Origin: Bacteroidota bacterium
GTDB taxonomy: Bacteria; Bacteroidota; Bacteroidia; 2-12-FULL-35-15
Reading direction: 5' to 3'
Length of the DNA: 64,000 bases
Assembly (NCBI GenBank): GCA_037131555.1
Contig: JBAXQU010000004.1
Location: 365 to 64,364, forward strand
Shown here in pieces: positions 29,185 to 38,536 of this stretch. How positions within the stretch are numbered: position 1 is the first letter of the stretch; each line of letters opens with the position of its first letter. A program made the position numbers and the translations under genes. Under the pieces are notes generated by a model. That model searched no databases. It was not told the origin of the DNA and saw nothing but the letters and a program-made list of their open reading frames with translations.

Positions 29185-29607
29185 TTAGTTGAAATGAAAG
29201 AAGAAGAATACCACAGCAGCATAAGCTTTTGGCACACCATTGGCGCTTCCTATGCTACTTCCAGAACTGTTTCTCACTGTTCCGTCAGAGTCTATTTTCC
29301 CAATACTACTTCCCGACTCGTTACGAACGGTACCATCCGAATCTAATTTCCCGATACTGCTTCCCGAACCATTTCTTATCGTACCATCCGAATCTATTTT
29401 CCCGATGCTACTTCCCGAACTGTTTCTGATAGTTCCATCACGATCGATTTTCCCTACACTACTTCCCGAACCATTTCGTATGGTGCCATCCGAGTCTATT
29501 TTTCCTGTACTACTTCCGCTAGAACTTCTTAATTCTTGAGCATGAAGTTGATTGATACCAATGAAGATTGATACCATTAATGTTGCGCTAATTAGTAATT
29601 TTTTCAT
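29185..29607 (-). CDS. Small secreted protein composed of six tandem 17-aa repeats (consensus SSGSSIGKIDSDGTIRN).
   Basis: Signal peptide MKKLLISATLMVSIFIGINQLHA followed by 6 near-identical 51-bp DNA repeats. The antisense ORF 29240..29539 has no start context. Confidence 0.5.
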   Translation of the reverse strand: MKKLLISATLMVSIFIGINQLHAQELRSSSGSSTGKIDSDGTIRNGSGSSVGKIDRDGTIRNSSGSSIGKIDSDGTIRNGSGSSIGKLDSDGTVRNESGSSIGKIDSDGTVRNSSGSSIGSANGVPKAYAAVVFFFFHFN

Positions 29608-29731
29608 TTTGTTTAAGTATTATATTAAGTTGATTAGTTAGCAAATTTAATAAAAATAAGGAGATAATATCATTACAAATAAATTGGAATAGTTTCGATG
29701 CGCTATTTTATTTCTGAAATACATATCAAAA

Positions 29732-29758
29732 AAAAAGGTGGCATTAGCCACCTTTTTT
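29732..29758. terminator. Bidirectional rho-independent terminator flanked by an A-run and a T-run.
   Basis: AAAAAGGTGGC ATTA GCCACCTTTTTT, lying between convergent-like gene ends. Confidence 0.5.
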
Positions 29759-29781
29759 AAAGTCACAAGACTAAGTTATAA

Positions 29782-30963
29782 TTATTTCACATCAATCAAT
29801 TCAACATCAAACGTCAAATCTGCTTTTGGAGGAATAACAGGAGCTCTTCCTTGTTCTCCATAAGCTAGAAAATAAGGAATTACTAATCGAATTTTATCTC
29901 CTATGTTCATCAATGCAATACCTTCTTCCCATCCTGGTATTACTTGACCTTTACCTAAAGGGAATTCGATAGGGTCGCCTCTTTCTACTGACGAATCAAA
30001 CATTTTTCCATCAGCCAAATAACCTGAATAATGAACTTTCACAGTTTTCCCAGCTTCCGCTTTCACAGGGTTGTTGCTTTTGTTTATTACATAATACTTA
30101 ATGCCCGATTGGGTTGTTTTTTCTTCTTTCCCTGTGATATCGTATTTTAAAGGAGCAACAACAGGTGTTACGTCCACTATCTCAACATCAAAAATCAAAT
30201 CTGCTTTTGCAGGAATTGGTCCATATCCTTTTTCTCCATAAGCTAAATCGTAAGGAATAATGAATTTTGCTTTTTCTCCTTTATGAAGCAAAGCCAACCC
30301 CTCGTCCCATCCTTTGATTACTTGGTTAGCACCCACTTTTACAGTGAAAGGTTTTCCTCTTTCCACTGATGAATCGAACATTTTTCCATCCTTGAAAAAT
30401 CCGCTATAGTGAACAGTTGCTTTCGCTCCAGCGCAAGGCAATCCATCCTTACGTTCGAACATGATGTACTTCAATCCACTTGCCGTTTTTATCGTGTCTT
30501 TTTCTTTTCCTTTAGCATCCCATTGTCTCAATCCTGGTGTAACATCCAACAATTCAATATCGAAAATAAGTGTGGAATTAGCAGGGATTTTCCCATTGGC
30601 TTGTTCACCATAAGCGATAGAAGGTGGAAGCTTGATAGTGGCTTTGTCGCCCACTTGAAGTAATAAAAACGCTTCGTCCCATCCTTTAATTACTTGTCCA
30701 GCACCAAGTTTGAACTCGAATGGTTGCCCTCTAGATACTGAACTATCGAAAACCGTATCGTTCAGTAATTTTCCAGTATAATGCACTTTTACTTTATCTC
30801 CATTCTCTGGCTTTTTACCATTTCCTTTCGTGGTGATGGTATACTCAAGTCCTGATGCAGTTTTCATAGTCTTTGGATTTTTTACTTTTTCGCTTTTTAC
30901 ATTTTGTTGAGCAAATGCAGCAACAGAGGTAATTGCTAAAACTAATGTTAGTATTCTTTTCAT
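29782..30963 (-). CDS. FKBP-type peptidyl-prolyl cis-trans isomerase with three tandem FKBP domains, exported.
   Basis: Signal peptide. The FKBP signature (…VHYTGKLLNDTVFDSS…GQVIKGWDE…IPxxLAYGE…LIFDIELLDV) is repeated three times. Confidence 0.8.
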   Translation of the reverse strand: MKRILTLVLAITSVAAFAQQNVKSEKVKNPKTMKTASGLEYTITTKGNGKKPENGDKVKVHYTGKLLNDTVFDSSVSRGQPFEFKLGAGQVIKGWDEAFLLLQVGDKATIKLPPSIAYGEQANGKIPANSTLIFDIELLDVTPGLRQWDAKGKEKDTIKTASGLKYIMFERKDGLPCAGAKATVHYSGFFKDGKMFDSSVERGKPFTVKVGANQVIKGWDEGLALLHKGEKAKFIIPYDLAYGEKGYGPIPAKADLIFDVEIVDVTPVVAPLKYDITGKEEKTTQSGIKYYVINKSNNPVKAEAGKTVKVHYSGYLADGKMFDSSVERGDPIEFPLGKGQVIPGWEEGIALMNIGDKIRLVIPYFLAYGEQGRAPVIPPKADLTFDVELIDVK

Positions 30964-31037
30964 TTTTTTCTATATTATTAGTAACCCCTTACAAATCTTT
31001 ATTATTTGTAAGGGGTTTCATTGTTTTTTAGTGAAAA

Positions 31038-32039
31038 TTATTTCCCTTTTGGTCCTGTAGCAGGTGCCGGATCAGCAGCTGTAAAACTGATCAACTCAAC
31101 ATCAAATACCAAACTTGAAAAAGGTGTAATTGGTCCTTGTCCTTGTTCTCCATAAGCAATAGAAGATGGGATGATAAGTTGTGCTTTCGCTCCAGGGCTC
31201 ATCATCATGATTCCTTCGTCCCAACCTGGTATTACTTGTCCAACTCCAATTGGAATCTCAATAGGTTCGTAAGGTCTTTGTTCGTTATACACTCCTGGGC
31301 CTGCTTTTTTAGCAACCTCCTTATCGCTTGTGTCGAAAACAGTACCATCAAGTAAACGACCAGTATAGTTTACTTTTACTTTACAACCTTTCGTAGGTTT
31401 AGCTCCCTTCCCTTTTGATTTTTCGATATATATCAAACCAGTAGAAGTAGGTTTAGTTGTAATTTTGTTATCCTCTAAATATTTTGCAAGGGCTTTTGGC
31501 TCTTCGTTCTTGCGAAGTTCCAACATCGCATTGCGCTCTTCCATTTTCTTTTTCTTTTCTGCTTCCATTTCGTCTTTAGAAGTAATTTTCACAAGTTTAG
31601 CCTCAAACGTCAATAAAGTTCCTGGTACAATGTACTTAGGAAGTTCTTTGGCTTTGAAAGTTTTAAGGTAAACAGAATCAGCAGCAATCATGAAACTTGC
31701 GCTATCTCCAATTGACATAAGCAAAAGTGCATCTTCGAAACTACCTTTGAAAGTTGATTTTCCAAGTGGAAATTCGATATAGTCTTTTCCTGGTTGAGCT
31801 TTTTTAGAATCAAATAGCACAGAATCTTTACTATTTTTGTACCACATCACTAATTTCACGAAGTCTCCTTCTTTTGGTTTTACTCCTTTTTCATCATGTT
31901 TGTAAAACTTGAAATACACACCTGTCTCCGACATGTCATATCCAGGGAAAGGAGATTTCTTACAAGAAGAAATGGTAAATACTGTAACAACGGCCATTAT
32001 AACAGAAGCCGAAAATGTTTTTTTCATTGTAATTTTCAT
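31038..32039 (-). CDS. FKBP-type PPIase lipoprotein (FkpA-like) with an N-terminal extra domain.
   Basis: Lipobox (ISSC). C-terminal FKBP domain GVGQVIPGWDEG...IPSSIAYGEQG...LVFDVELISF. Confidence 0.7.
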   Translation of the reverse strand: MKITMKKTFSASVIMAVVTVFTISSCKKSPFPGYDMSETGVYFKFYKHDEKGVKPKEGDFVKLVMWYKNSKDSVLFDSKKAQPGKDYIEFPLGKSTFKGSFEDALLLMSIGDSASFMIAADSVYLKTFKAKELPKYIVPGTLLTFEAKLVKITSKDEMEAEKKKKMEERNAMLELRKNEEPKALAKYLEDNKITTKPTSTGLIYIEKSKGKGAKPTKGCKVKVNYTGRLLDGTVFDTSDKEVAKKAGPGVYNEQRPYEPIEIPIGVGQVIPGWDEGIMMMSPGAKAQLIIPSSIAYGEQGQGPITPFSSLVFDVELISFTAADPAPATGPKGK

Positions 32040-32053
32040 TTTAAAATTTAATT

Positions 32054-32947
32054 TTATTTAGTTAAACTGATCAATTCTACCTCATAGATTACAGTAGTGT
32101 AAGGCAGAATAATTCCTGTTGACGAACCACTTTCTCCAAAAGCAAGGTGCGAAGGTATAATAAATTTTGTTTTCGCCCCCTCATTCATTAAACTTATTGC
32201 ATATTCCAACCCCGAAATTAACTGTCCTTGGGTTCCAACGATGTATTCCAACGGTTGACCCCTATCGTAAGTTGATTCGAACTGCTTTCCATTTAAAAAG
32301 TATCCTTTGTAATTAATTTTAATCGTATTTCCCTTTTCGGCCATATCACCAACACCTTGTTTCAAAGGAAGGTAATACATACCATTATTAAGTGGATAGA
32401 AGTCGGTTTTGCAGGTATCCAAATAAGTTTCCAACTTTCGTTGTTCTTCAATATCTCTGTCTTCAATTATTTGATTGTAATTTTCAACTTCAAAAGCGTA
32501 TTCTTGAGCCGAAAGTATGCGACAAAGTTTAACCTCCATCTTAATCATGCTTTCTGGAGTTAAGAAAATAGGCAAATCCGCTTTAAAAAAGTTACTGAAC
32601 AATGAGTCGGCATTTACAACAAACGACAAGCTGTCGCCTTCGTTCATTTTAGCTAATCCTTCCTCAAAACTGCCAATAAAAGAAGAATGTTGAAATGGAA
32701 GAATCACCTTTCCAGTTTCATTATTTGAATAGGTGTCAAGAAATACCGAATCTTTATCAGTTTTATACGTGATGAATAATTGTAAGTATTCACCAATTTT
32801 CGGTTTCTTTTTTCCGTCTCCAATTGCTTGAAGCTTGTAATACAAACCTGTCTCCGTTTGAGTATATCCTTTGTATTTATTGTTTTTCCAGCACGAAGTA
32901 AGTGCAATAGAAAACAGTAAAATAGCTATGTAGAAACGATTCTTCAT
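32054..32947 (-). CDS. FKBP-type PPIase lipoprotein, paralogous to the adjacent genes.
   Basis: Lipobox (LTSC). C-terminal FKBP motifs (GQLISGLEYA...IPSHLAFGESG...VIYEVELISL). Confidence 0.65.
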   Translation of the reverse strand: MKNRFYIAILLFSIALTSCWKNNKYKGYTQTETGLYYKLQAIGDGKKKPKIGEYLQLFITYKTDKDSVFLDTYSNNETGKVILPFQHSSFIGSFEEGLAKMNEGDSLSFVVNADSLFSNFFKADLPIFLTPESMIKMEVKLCRILSAQEYAFEVENYNQIIEDRDIEEQRKLETYLDTCKTDFYPLNNGMYYLPLKQGVGDMAEKGNTIKINYKGYFLNGKQFESTYDRGQPLEYIVGTQGQLISGLEYAISLMNEGAKTKFIIPSHLAFGESGSSTGIILPYTTVIYEVELISLTK

Positions 32948-33507
32948 TATCTCAGGGCAAGCAATTCGAGTTCGTACATTACTGAAGCATGAGGTGGTAT
33001 TTTTGATTGATCACCAATAAGGCCATGAGCAAGATAAGAAGGAAGAATAAGTATGGCTTTATCACCTACACGCATATGTTGAATACCTTCATGAAGTCCA
33101 CTTTCAACATCATCTTGATTAATTAAGAATTCTTTCGCTCCTGTTGAATCGGAAGAATAACAAACCGTTCCATCGAGCAAACTAATCTTGTAATTTACCT
33201 TGGCACGTTGGTCGGGCAGAGCGAGTGGTCCTTTTCCATTACTTACAATCATATATCTTAATCCTGTACCAGTGGTGGTCATTGGCCAACCTCTATGAGC
33301 AACATATTGATCGATTTCATCGCTTTCTCGTTTTACATACATTTGGTTTGCGTTCACCAACTTATCTTGAAAATCCTTGCTTTGGAAATTTATTGGCTTT
33401 GGTACAGTTCTTTGGCTGCCATTACATGCTGATAATAAGGAAACCAAAACAAAACCTAAAAACAGAGGTAAGGATTTACTAAACCCGTAATACAGAAAGT
33501 GATTCAC
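32947..33507 (-). CDS. Small FKBP-type PPIase lipoprotein (GldI-sized).
   Basis: Lipobox (LSAC). FKBP motifs (VNYKISLLDGTV...GLHEGIQHMRVGDKAILILPSYLAHG...VMYELELLAL). Confidence 0.7.
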   Translation of the reverse strand: MNHFLYYGFSKSLPLFLGFVLVSLLSACNGSQRTVPKPINFQSKDFQDKLVNANQMYVKRESDEIDQYVAHRGWPMTTTGTGLRYMIVSNGKGPLALPDQRAKVNYKISLLDGTVCYSSDSTGAKEFLINQDDVESGLHEGIQHMRVGDKAILILPSYLAHGLIGDQSKIPPHASVMYELELLALR

Positions 33508-33513
33508 TATGAT

Positions 33514-34560
33514 TTATTTTTTGCTAGTAAGTTGTTTTTTATACTCAGGTAATAATGCTATAAACTTAATCAATGATTCGTCAAGAGAGTCGTCACTACT
33601 ACCCCCAGCAGCATGTTTGTGACCTCCTCCATTAAAGTTTTTGCGAGCAAATAAATTTACATCAAAGCTACCTTTCGAACGGAAAGAAGTTTTAACCGCT
33701 TCATCTCTTTCAACAAAGAAGGCTGCAAAACAAATCCCTTTGATGGTTAGTGCGTAATTTACTAATGATTCAGTATCTCCTTTCTTATAATTAAAACGTT
33801 TTAATTCATCAGCACGTAAACTAAAAAAAGCAGTATTATATTCTTTCAATATAGTGAGCTTTTCCGATAAGCAATAACCCAATAGCCTCAATCTACTTTC
33901 AGAATTGTCATCATATACCAAATTGTGAATCTCCGAATTGTTAACCCCTACAGCGATAAGTTCACTCACTATTTGATGAGTGCGGGCTGTAGTTGAAGGG
34001 AAACGAAACGAACCCGTATCCGTCATGATGCCGGTATATAAACAATCTGCAATATCTTTATTTAAAAGTTTTTTATCGCCCATCATAGTGATAAAATCAA
34101 ACACTAGTTCACAAGTAGAACAAGCATCAACAGTATGTAGTAGGTATTTGGCAAAATCTTCAGGTTGTTGATGGTGGTCAATGATAATTTTTGTTGCTTT
34201 CGATGCTGCTACTTCATCACCTAAGTCGTAAATGCGTTTTAGGGAATTAAAATCGAGGCAAAAAATCAAATCCGACTTAGCAATGGTCTTTTTCGCAACA
34301 CTTGTTTTAAGTGAAAAGTCGATTACAGAAGAATTTCCTGGCATCCAAAACAAAAAGGACGGATAGTCATTTGGAGTGATTACCGTAACCTTGTGTTTCT
34401 TTTGTTTTAAATAATTATACAAACCTAATGAAGAACCCATGGCATCTCCGTCAGGCGACCAATGAGTAACAATTACTATGTTTTTGGGGGTTGATAAAAT
34501 GTTCTTTAATTCCTTAATCTCTGCTGCGTTCAACATCGTCATTTTTTTATTGGGACACAA
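33514..34560 (-). CDS. DHH-family phosphoesterase (NrnA-like oligoribonuclease / pAp phosphatase).
   Basis: DHH motifs: HWSPDGDAMGS and IIDHHQ. A C-terminal DHHA1-like GGGHKHAAGG. Confidence 0.7.
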   Translation of the reverse strand: MCPNKKMTMLNAAEIKELKNILSTPKNIVIVTHWSPDGDAMGSSLGLYNYLKQKKHKVTVITPNDYPSFLFWMPGNSSVIDFSLKTSVAKKTIAKSDLIFCLDFNSLKRIYDLGDEVAASKATKIIIDHHQQPEDFAKYLLHTVDACSTCELVFDFITMMGDKKLLNKDIADCLYTGIMTDTGSFRFPSTTARTHQIVSELIAVGVNNSEIHNLVYDDNSESRLRLLGYCLSEKLTILKEYNTAFFSLRADELKRFNYKKGDTESLVNYALTIKGICFAAFFVERDEAVKTSFRSKGSFDVNLFARKNFNGGGHKHAAGGSSDDSLDESLIKFIALLPEYKKQLTSKK

Positions 34561-34725
34561 ATTTACTATTATTTTCCATTATGAGAAATGAAATCAATAA
34601 CCCTTGCAATATTATATGGAACACCAAGAGTAGTTATAAATGCTAAGTCCCTATGAGAGATTTACTAGAGCGGGTTTAACTTGTGTGTTTACAAACAACA
34701 GTTAGGTATTAGAAGTAATTATTGG

Positions 34726-35901
34726 TTATTGAAATTCAAGTATCGTTTTGATAACAAAACTCTGATCTTCATCCGATAATGAATGATACATCGGAATGCT
34801 TAAGCATTTGTCGTAATAGTTTTCTGCATTGGGGAAATCTCCTTTCTTGAAACCAAATTGTTTGTAATAAGGCATCAAATGGCAAGGAACATAATGCACT
34901 TGGGCAAAGATGTTGTGTGCCCTTAAGTAATTATAAAGTTCTAATCGTCTTGAAACTTGAATAACATAAAGGTGATACGCATTCCCAGGAGTAGATAATG
35001 GAGTCAATATAGAACTTCCTTTAAAAGCGATATCGTATTGTCGAGCAAGCGTTCTTCTTCTTTCCAAATTTTTATCCGCACGTGTAAGCTGAGAACTACC
35101 CAGTGCTGCTTGGAAATCAGTTAATCTATAGTTATACCCCAATTCTTGCATTTCGTAATACCATCCTCCTTGAGCAACTTCGTCAGGCTGGTTTTGGAAT
35201 TTGCTTGATTCTTTCGTGATACCATGTGTTCGAAGTAAAATTAACTTGTCATACAATGCCTTGTCGTTTGTTGTAATCATACCACCTTCGCCAGTAGCGA
35301 TGTGTTTAACAGGGTGAAAGGAAAAGATAGCGAGGTCGGCAAAAACTCCATTTCCACATTTTTGTTCTATGTTATTACTGTCAGTAAAATAACCTCCAGG
35401 AGCGTGACATGCGTCTTCTATCAACCAACATCCGTAATCATCAGCAAGTTTACGAAAGGCTTCAAGGTTCACCGCATTTCCGGCAAAGTCAACAGGAATG
35501 ATGCCAGTGAAATATCCTTTTGGATGTTTTTGAAGCAGTTCTCGCACTTTATTTATATCGAGTAAAAATGTTGTTGGGTCAATATCCGCAAAATGAACTT
35601 CTCCTCCACAATACCTGATACAATTGGCAGAAGCTGCAAAGGTAATTGGTGTGGTTATCACCCTAGATGTTTTGTTAACATCTAAAGCCATTGCACAAAG
35701 GTGTAAAGCCGCTGTGCCGTTAGCAAGAGCTACTGCATATTTTGCTCCGACATATGCAGCGAACTTGTTTTCGAATTCAGCAATGGAAGGTCCTTGAGTA
35801 AGAAAATCCGATTTGAGAACGCTTACAACTGCTTCTATATCTGCATCAGTGATGGTTTGACGACCATAAGGAATTATCTTTATTTTTTCTTCGGATGACA
35901 T
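34726..35901 (-). CDS. DegT/DnrJ/EryC1/StrS-family PLP-dependent sugar aminotransferase (PseC/PglE-like).
   Basis: Conserved PLP-lysine region FSFHPVKHIATGEGGMITTND. The size is typical for the family. Confidence 0.8.
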   Translation of the reverse strand: MSSEEKIKIIPYGRQTITDADIEAVVSVLKSDFLTQGPSIAEFENKFAAYVGAKYAVALANGTAALHLCAMALDVNKTSRVITTPITFAASANCIRYCGGEVHFADIDPTTFLLDINKVRELLQKHPKGYFTGIIPVDFAGNAVNLEAFRKLADDYGCWLIEDACHAPGGYFTDSNNIEQKCGNGVFADLAIFSFHPVKHIATGEGGMITTNDKALYDKLILLRTHGITKESSKFQNQPDEVAQGGWYYEMQELGYNYRLTDFQAALGSSQLTRADKNLERRRTLARQYDIAFKGSSILTPLSTPGNAYHLYVIQVSRRLELYNYLRAHNIFAQVHYVPCHLMPYYKQFGFKKGDFPNAENYYDKCLSIPMYHSLSDEDQSFVIKTILEFQ

Positions 35902-35972
35902 AATGTTCTGCTTAAATTAGATTCTTAAACGGGTAATTCGAATGGTAATAATAACAGTCGCACTTAACTTGC

Positions 35973-36989
35973 TTACCATGTGAAAGAAGTATCTAAGTTT
36001 TCTTTTATTAATGTGCGAATTTCATCCACACCAATGAACTCGGAATTCTCTCCAGAATTATATTGAAAACCTTGTTTAACAGCTTTTGCTTTGAAATGAT
36101 TGATATATTCCTCAATATTAAAATTAGGCACTTGAGGTAAGATGGCATAATATTTTCCTAAATCATAAGTCGAAAACGAATCGGATGAGGTAATCATTTC
36201 TTCATGTACTTTTTCACCTGGGCGAATGCCGACAATTTCTTGTTTACAACTAGGGCCAATTGCTGTTGCTACATCGGTAAGTTTGTACGATGGGATTTTA
36301 GGTACAAATATTTCTCCTCCCCATGCAGTTTCCATGGCATGTAAAACCAAATCTACTCCTTCTTGCAGCGAAATGTTAAATCGCGTCATGTTCACATCGG
36401 TTATAGGCAAAACGCCTTCTTTTCTCTTTTTGATAAAGAAAGGTATTACAGAACCATTCGAGCCCATCACGTTGCCATAACGAACTACTGAAAATTTAAT
36501 ATCATGCTTACCTCTAATATTATTAGCCGCAACAAACAATTTGTCCGAACATAATTTGGTGGCTCCGTATAGGTTTATTGGCGCTGCTGCTTTGTCGGTT
36601 GAAAGCGCAACTACTTTCTTTACATCGGTTTCTAGTGCAGCGTTGATTACGTTTTCCGCTCCGAGAACGTTCGTTTTTACACATTCCATTGGATTGTATT
36701 CTGCAATTGGAACATGTTTCATAGCAGCAGTGTGTATTACAATTTCAATGTCTTTAAACGCTTTTTTCAATCGGTCAGCATCTCTTACATCACCAATAAA
36801 ATAACGAATTGCAGGATATTTGCTTGGAGCATATTCTTGAGCCATTTCAAATTGTTTTTGCTCGTCTCTTGAATAAATCACAAGACGTTTAACATTTGGA
36901 AATTTCTCGAATATCGTTTTTGTAAGATGTTTTCCTAGCGAACCTGTTCCTCCAGTAATTAAAATTGATTTTCCGTTTAAATCTAACAT
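35973..36989 (-). CDS. UDP-GlcNAc 4,6-dehydratase (PseB/FlaA1/CapD-like short-chain dehydrogenase).
   Basis: N-terminal ILITGGTGSLGK Rossmann motif. Co-located with the DegT aminotransferase. Confidence 0.75.
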   Translation of the reverse strand: MLDLNGKSILITGGTGSLGKHLTKTIFEKFPNVKRLVIYSRDEQKQFEMAQEYAPSKYPAIRYFIGDVRDADRLKKAFKDIEIVIHTAAMKHVPIAEYNPMECVKTNVLGAENVINAALETDVKKVVALSTDKAAAPINLYGATKLCSDKLFVAANNIRGKHDIKFSVVRYGNVMGSNGSVIPFFIKKRKEGVLPITDVNMTRFNISLQEGVDLVLHAMETAWGGEIFVPKIPSYKLTDVATAIGPSCKQEIVGIRPGEKVHEEMITSSDSFSTYDLGKYYAILPQVPNFNIEEYINHFKAKAVKQGFQYNSGENSEFIGVDEIRTLIKENLDTSFTW

Positions 36990-37050
36990 TGTTTCTTTTT
37001 TTTAATAAGGGTCAAAAATAAGGAGAGTTTATTGAACTACCAACCGATAA

Positions 37051-37824
37051 TTAAATAATACCAAAAACTAAAAACATTGCGAAAACAAATAGCATAACAG
37101 CTACAAGGGATTGAATGGTTTTGATTGTGGTTTTTTTTAATAATTTATTGCCCACAAAAGCTCCGGCAAATGCCGAAAGGGTTGCCAAAGCCAGTAGTGG
37201 AGCATTGGAAGAATTGATAAAATGAAAGTTAGTGTTTGAATACACTAGCAAGCGAGCGATGTCGGTGAGACAAGCAATAACAACACCTGTGGCAATAAAA
37301 CTTTGAGCGGAGAGTTGAGCGCGAATGAGAAAGGCACTCCTTAAAGCACCTTGATTACCTGACAATCCACCAAAATAGCCGCTGAGGAAACCGCCTAATG
37401 TTAAATAACGTTCGTTTACTTGCCAATTTTTGAAACGTGGAATAATTTCGAACAAAGAAAAAAGCATGAGCAACAAACCTATGGTGAGTTTTACTGGTAA
37501 GATGGAGATGGTTTTATCAAAAAGAGTATATTGTGTGATATAGGGTAAATCGGAAATGAAGTAAAGGGTGTAAGCACCAAAAAAAGCAGCAATTACTGAA
37601 GGTATACCAAATCGAAGAATGGTCTTTTTATCCGCTGATTTACCTAGTAGTATTAATTTGAAAAGATTGTTGAGGAAATGAACGATAGCGGTTAATGATA
37701 TGGCTATCTCAATAGGGAAGAACAAACCAAAAACTGGCACAAGCAAGGTGCCTAAGCCAAATCCAGAAAACAAGGTAAGTACTGAACCAGCAAAAGCAAC
37801 CAAACAAATGATGACGTACACCAT
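37051..37824 (-). CDS. TauE/SafE (TSUP, DUF81) family membrane transporter.
   Basis: About 8 transmembrane helices. GFGLGTLLVPVF and a repeated GG motif are typical of TSUP. Confidence 0.65.
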   Translation of the reverse strand: MVYVIICLVAFAGSVLTLFSGFGLGTLLVPVFGLFFPIEIAISLTAIVHFLNNLFKLILLGKSADKKTILRFGIPSVIAAFFGAYTLYFISDLPYITQYTLFDKTISILPVKLTIGLLLMLFSLFEIIPRFKNWQVNERYLTLGGFLSGYFGGLSGNQGALRSAFLIRAQLSAQSFIATGVVIACLTDIARLLVYSNTNFHFINSSNAPLLALATLSAFAGAFVGNKLLKKTTIKTIQSLVAVMLFVFAMFLVFGII

Positions 37825-37853
37825 GCGTGCTGAGGTTTATTACGCTCTATGAT

Positions 37854-38534
37854 TTATTGTTTCGAGAGTTCTTTTTCGAACTCTCCAAAATTTCTGAAAA
37901 GTTCCTTGTTGGCTTTTAACCATTCTAAATCTTTATCCCACCATTTTAAGTTGAGCAGAAACTCAATCTGTTCTTCAGAAAAACGATACTTAATTATCTT
38001 AGCAGGTACACCACCAACAATGCTATAAGGTTCCACATCTTTTGTAACCGTGGCCCCAGAGCCAATGATAGCACCATCGCCAATTTTTATTCCATATTTA
38101 ATGATGGCATTGTTGCCAATCCAAACATCATTTCCTATTTCGGTATGAGGAAATTCTTCAAATAAATTTTTATCCACAATCACTAATCCTCCAGCTTGTC
38201 CAAGGGTGGAGTAGAACAAAGGGTGAGTGGAAACAAATCCTTCGGAAGGATGCGCTCCCATACCTGCGCTCACATTTGGACCGATGCAAGTAAATTTGCC
38301 CACAGTGGTATTATAAATTTGCGAATTGCGCGCTACATAACTAAAATCGCCTAATTCAGAATTACGTAGGCGAGCAAATTTATAGATGGTATTGTAATAA
38401 CCAAATTTACAATCTTTAATTTCGGCCATGTATTCTATCTGCAAATGTTGCTTACCGTATTTCAATTTTAGTTTCCACTTTGTGAATACCCATTTTATCC
38501 AATAGGTGAAAGGAGAAGAGAATATTGTTGTCAT
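37854..38534 (-). CDS. Hexapeptide-repeat (LbH) acetyltransferase of the xenobiotic acyltransferase (CatB/Vat-like) class.
   Basis: Hexapeptide repeats NDVWIGNNAIIKYGIKIGDGAIIGSGATV. A C-terminal WW motif as in XAT enzymes. Confidence 0.7.
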   Translation of the reverse strand: MTTIFSSPFTYWIKWVFTKWKLKLKYGKQHLQIEYMAEIKDCKFGYYNTIYKFARLRNSELGDFSYVARNSQIYNTTVGKFTCIGPNVSAGMGAHPSEGFVSTHPLFYSTLGQAGGLVIVDKNLFEEFPHTEIGNDVWIGNNAIIKYGIKIGDGAIIGSGATVTKDVEPYSIVGGVPAKIIKYRFSEEQIEFLLNLKWWDKDLEWLKANKELFRNFGEFEKELSKQ

Positions 38535-38536
38535 TT

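Noticed and set aside
29240-29539. Plus-strand 99-aa ORF antisense to the repeat protein
   Set aside because: Both strands stay open because of the 51-bp (17-codon) periodicity. Only the minus frame has a signal peptide and a sensible N-terminus.
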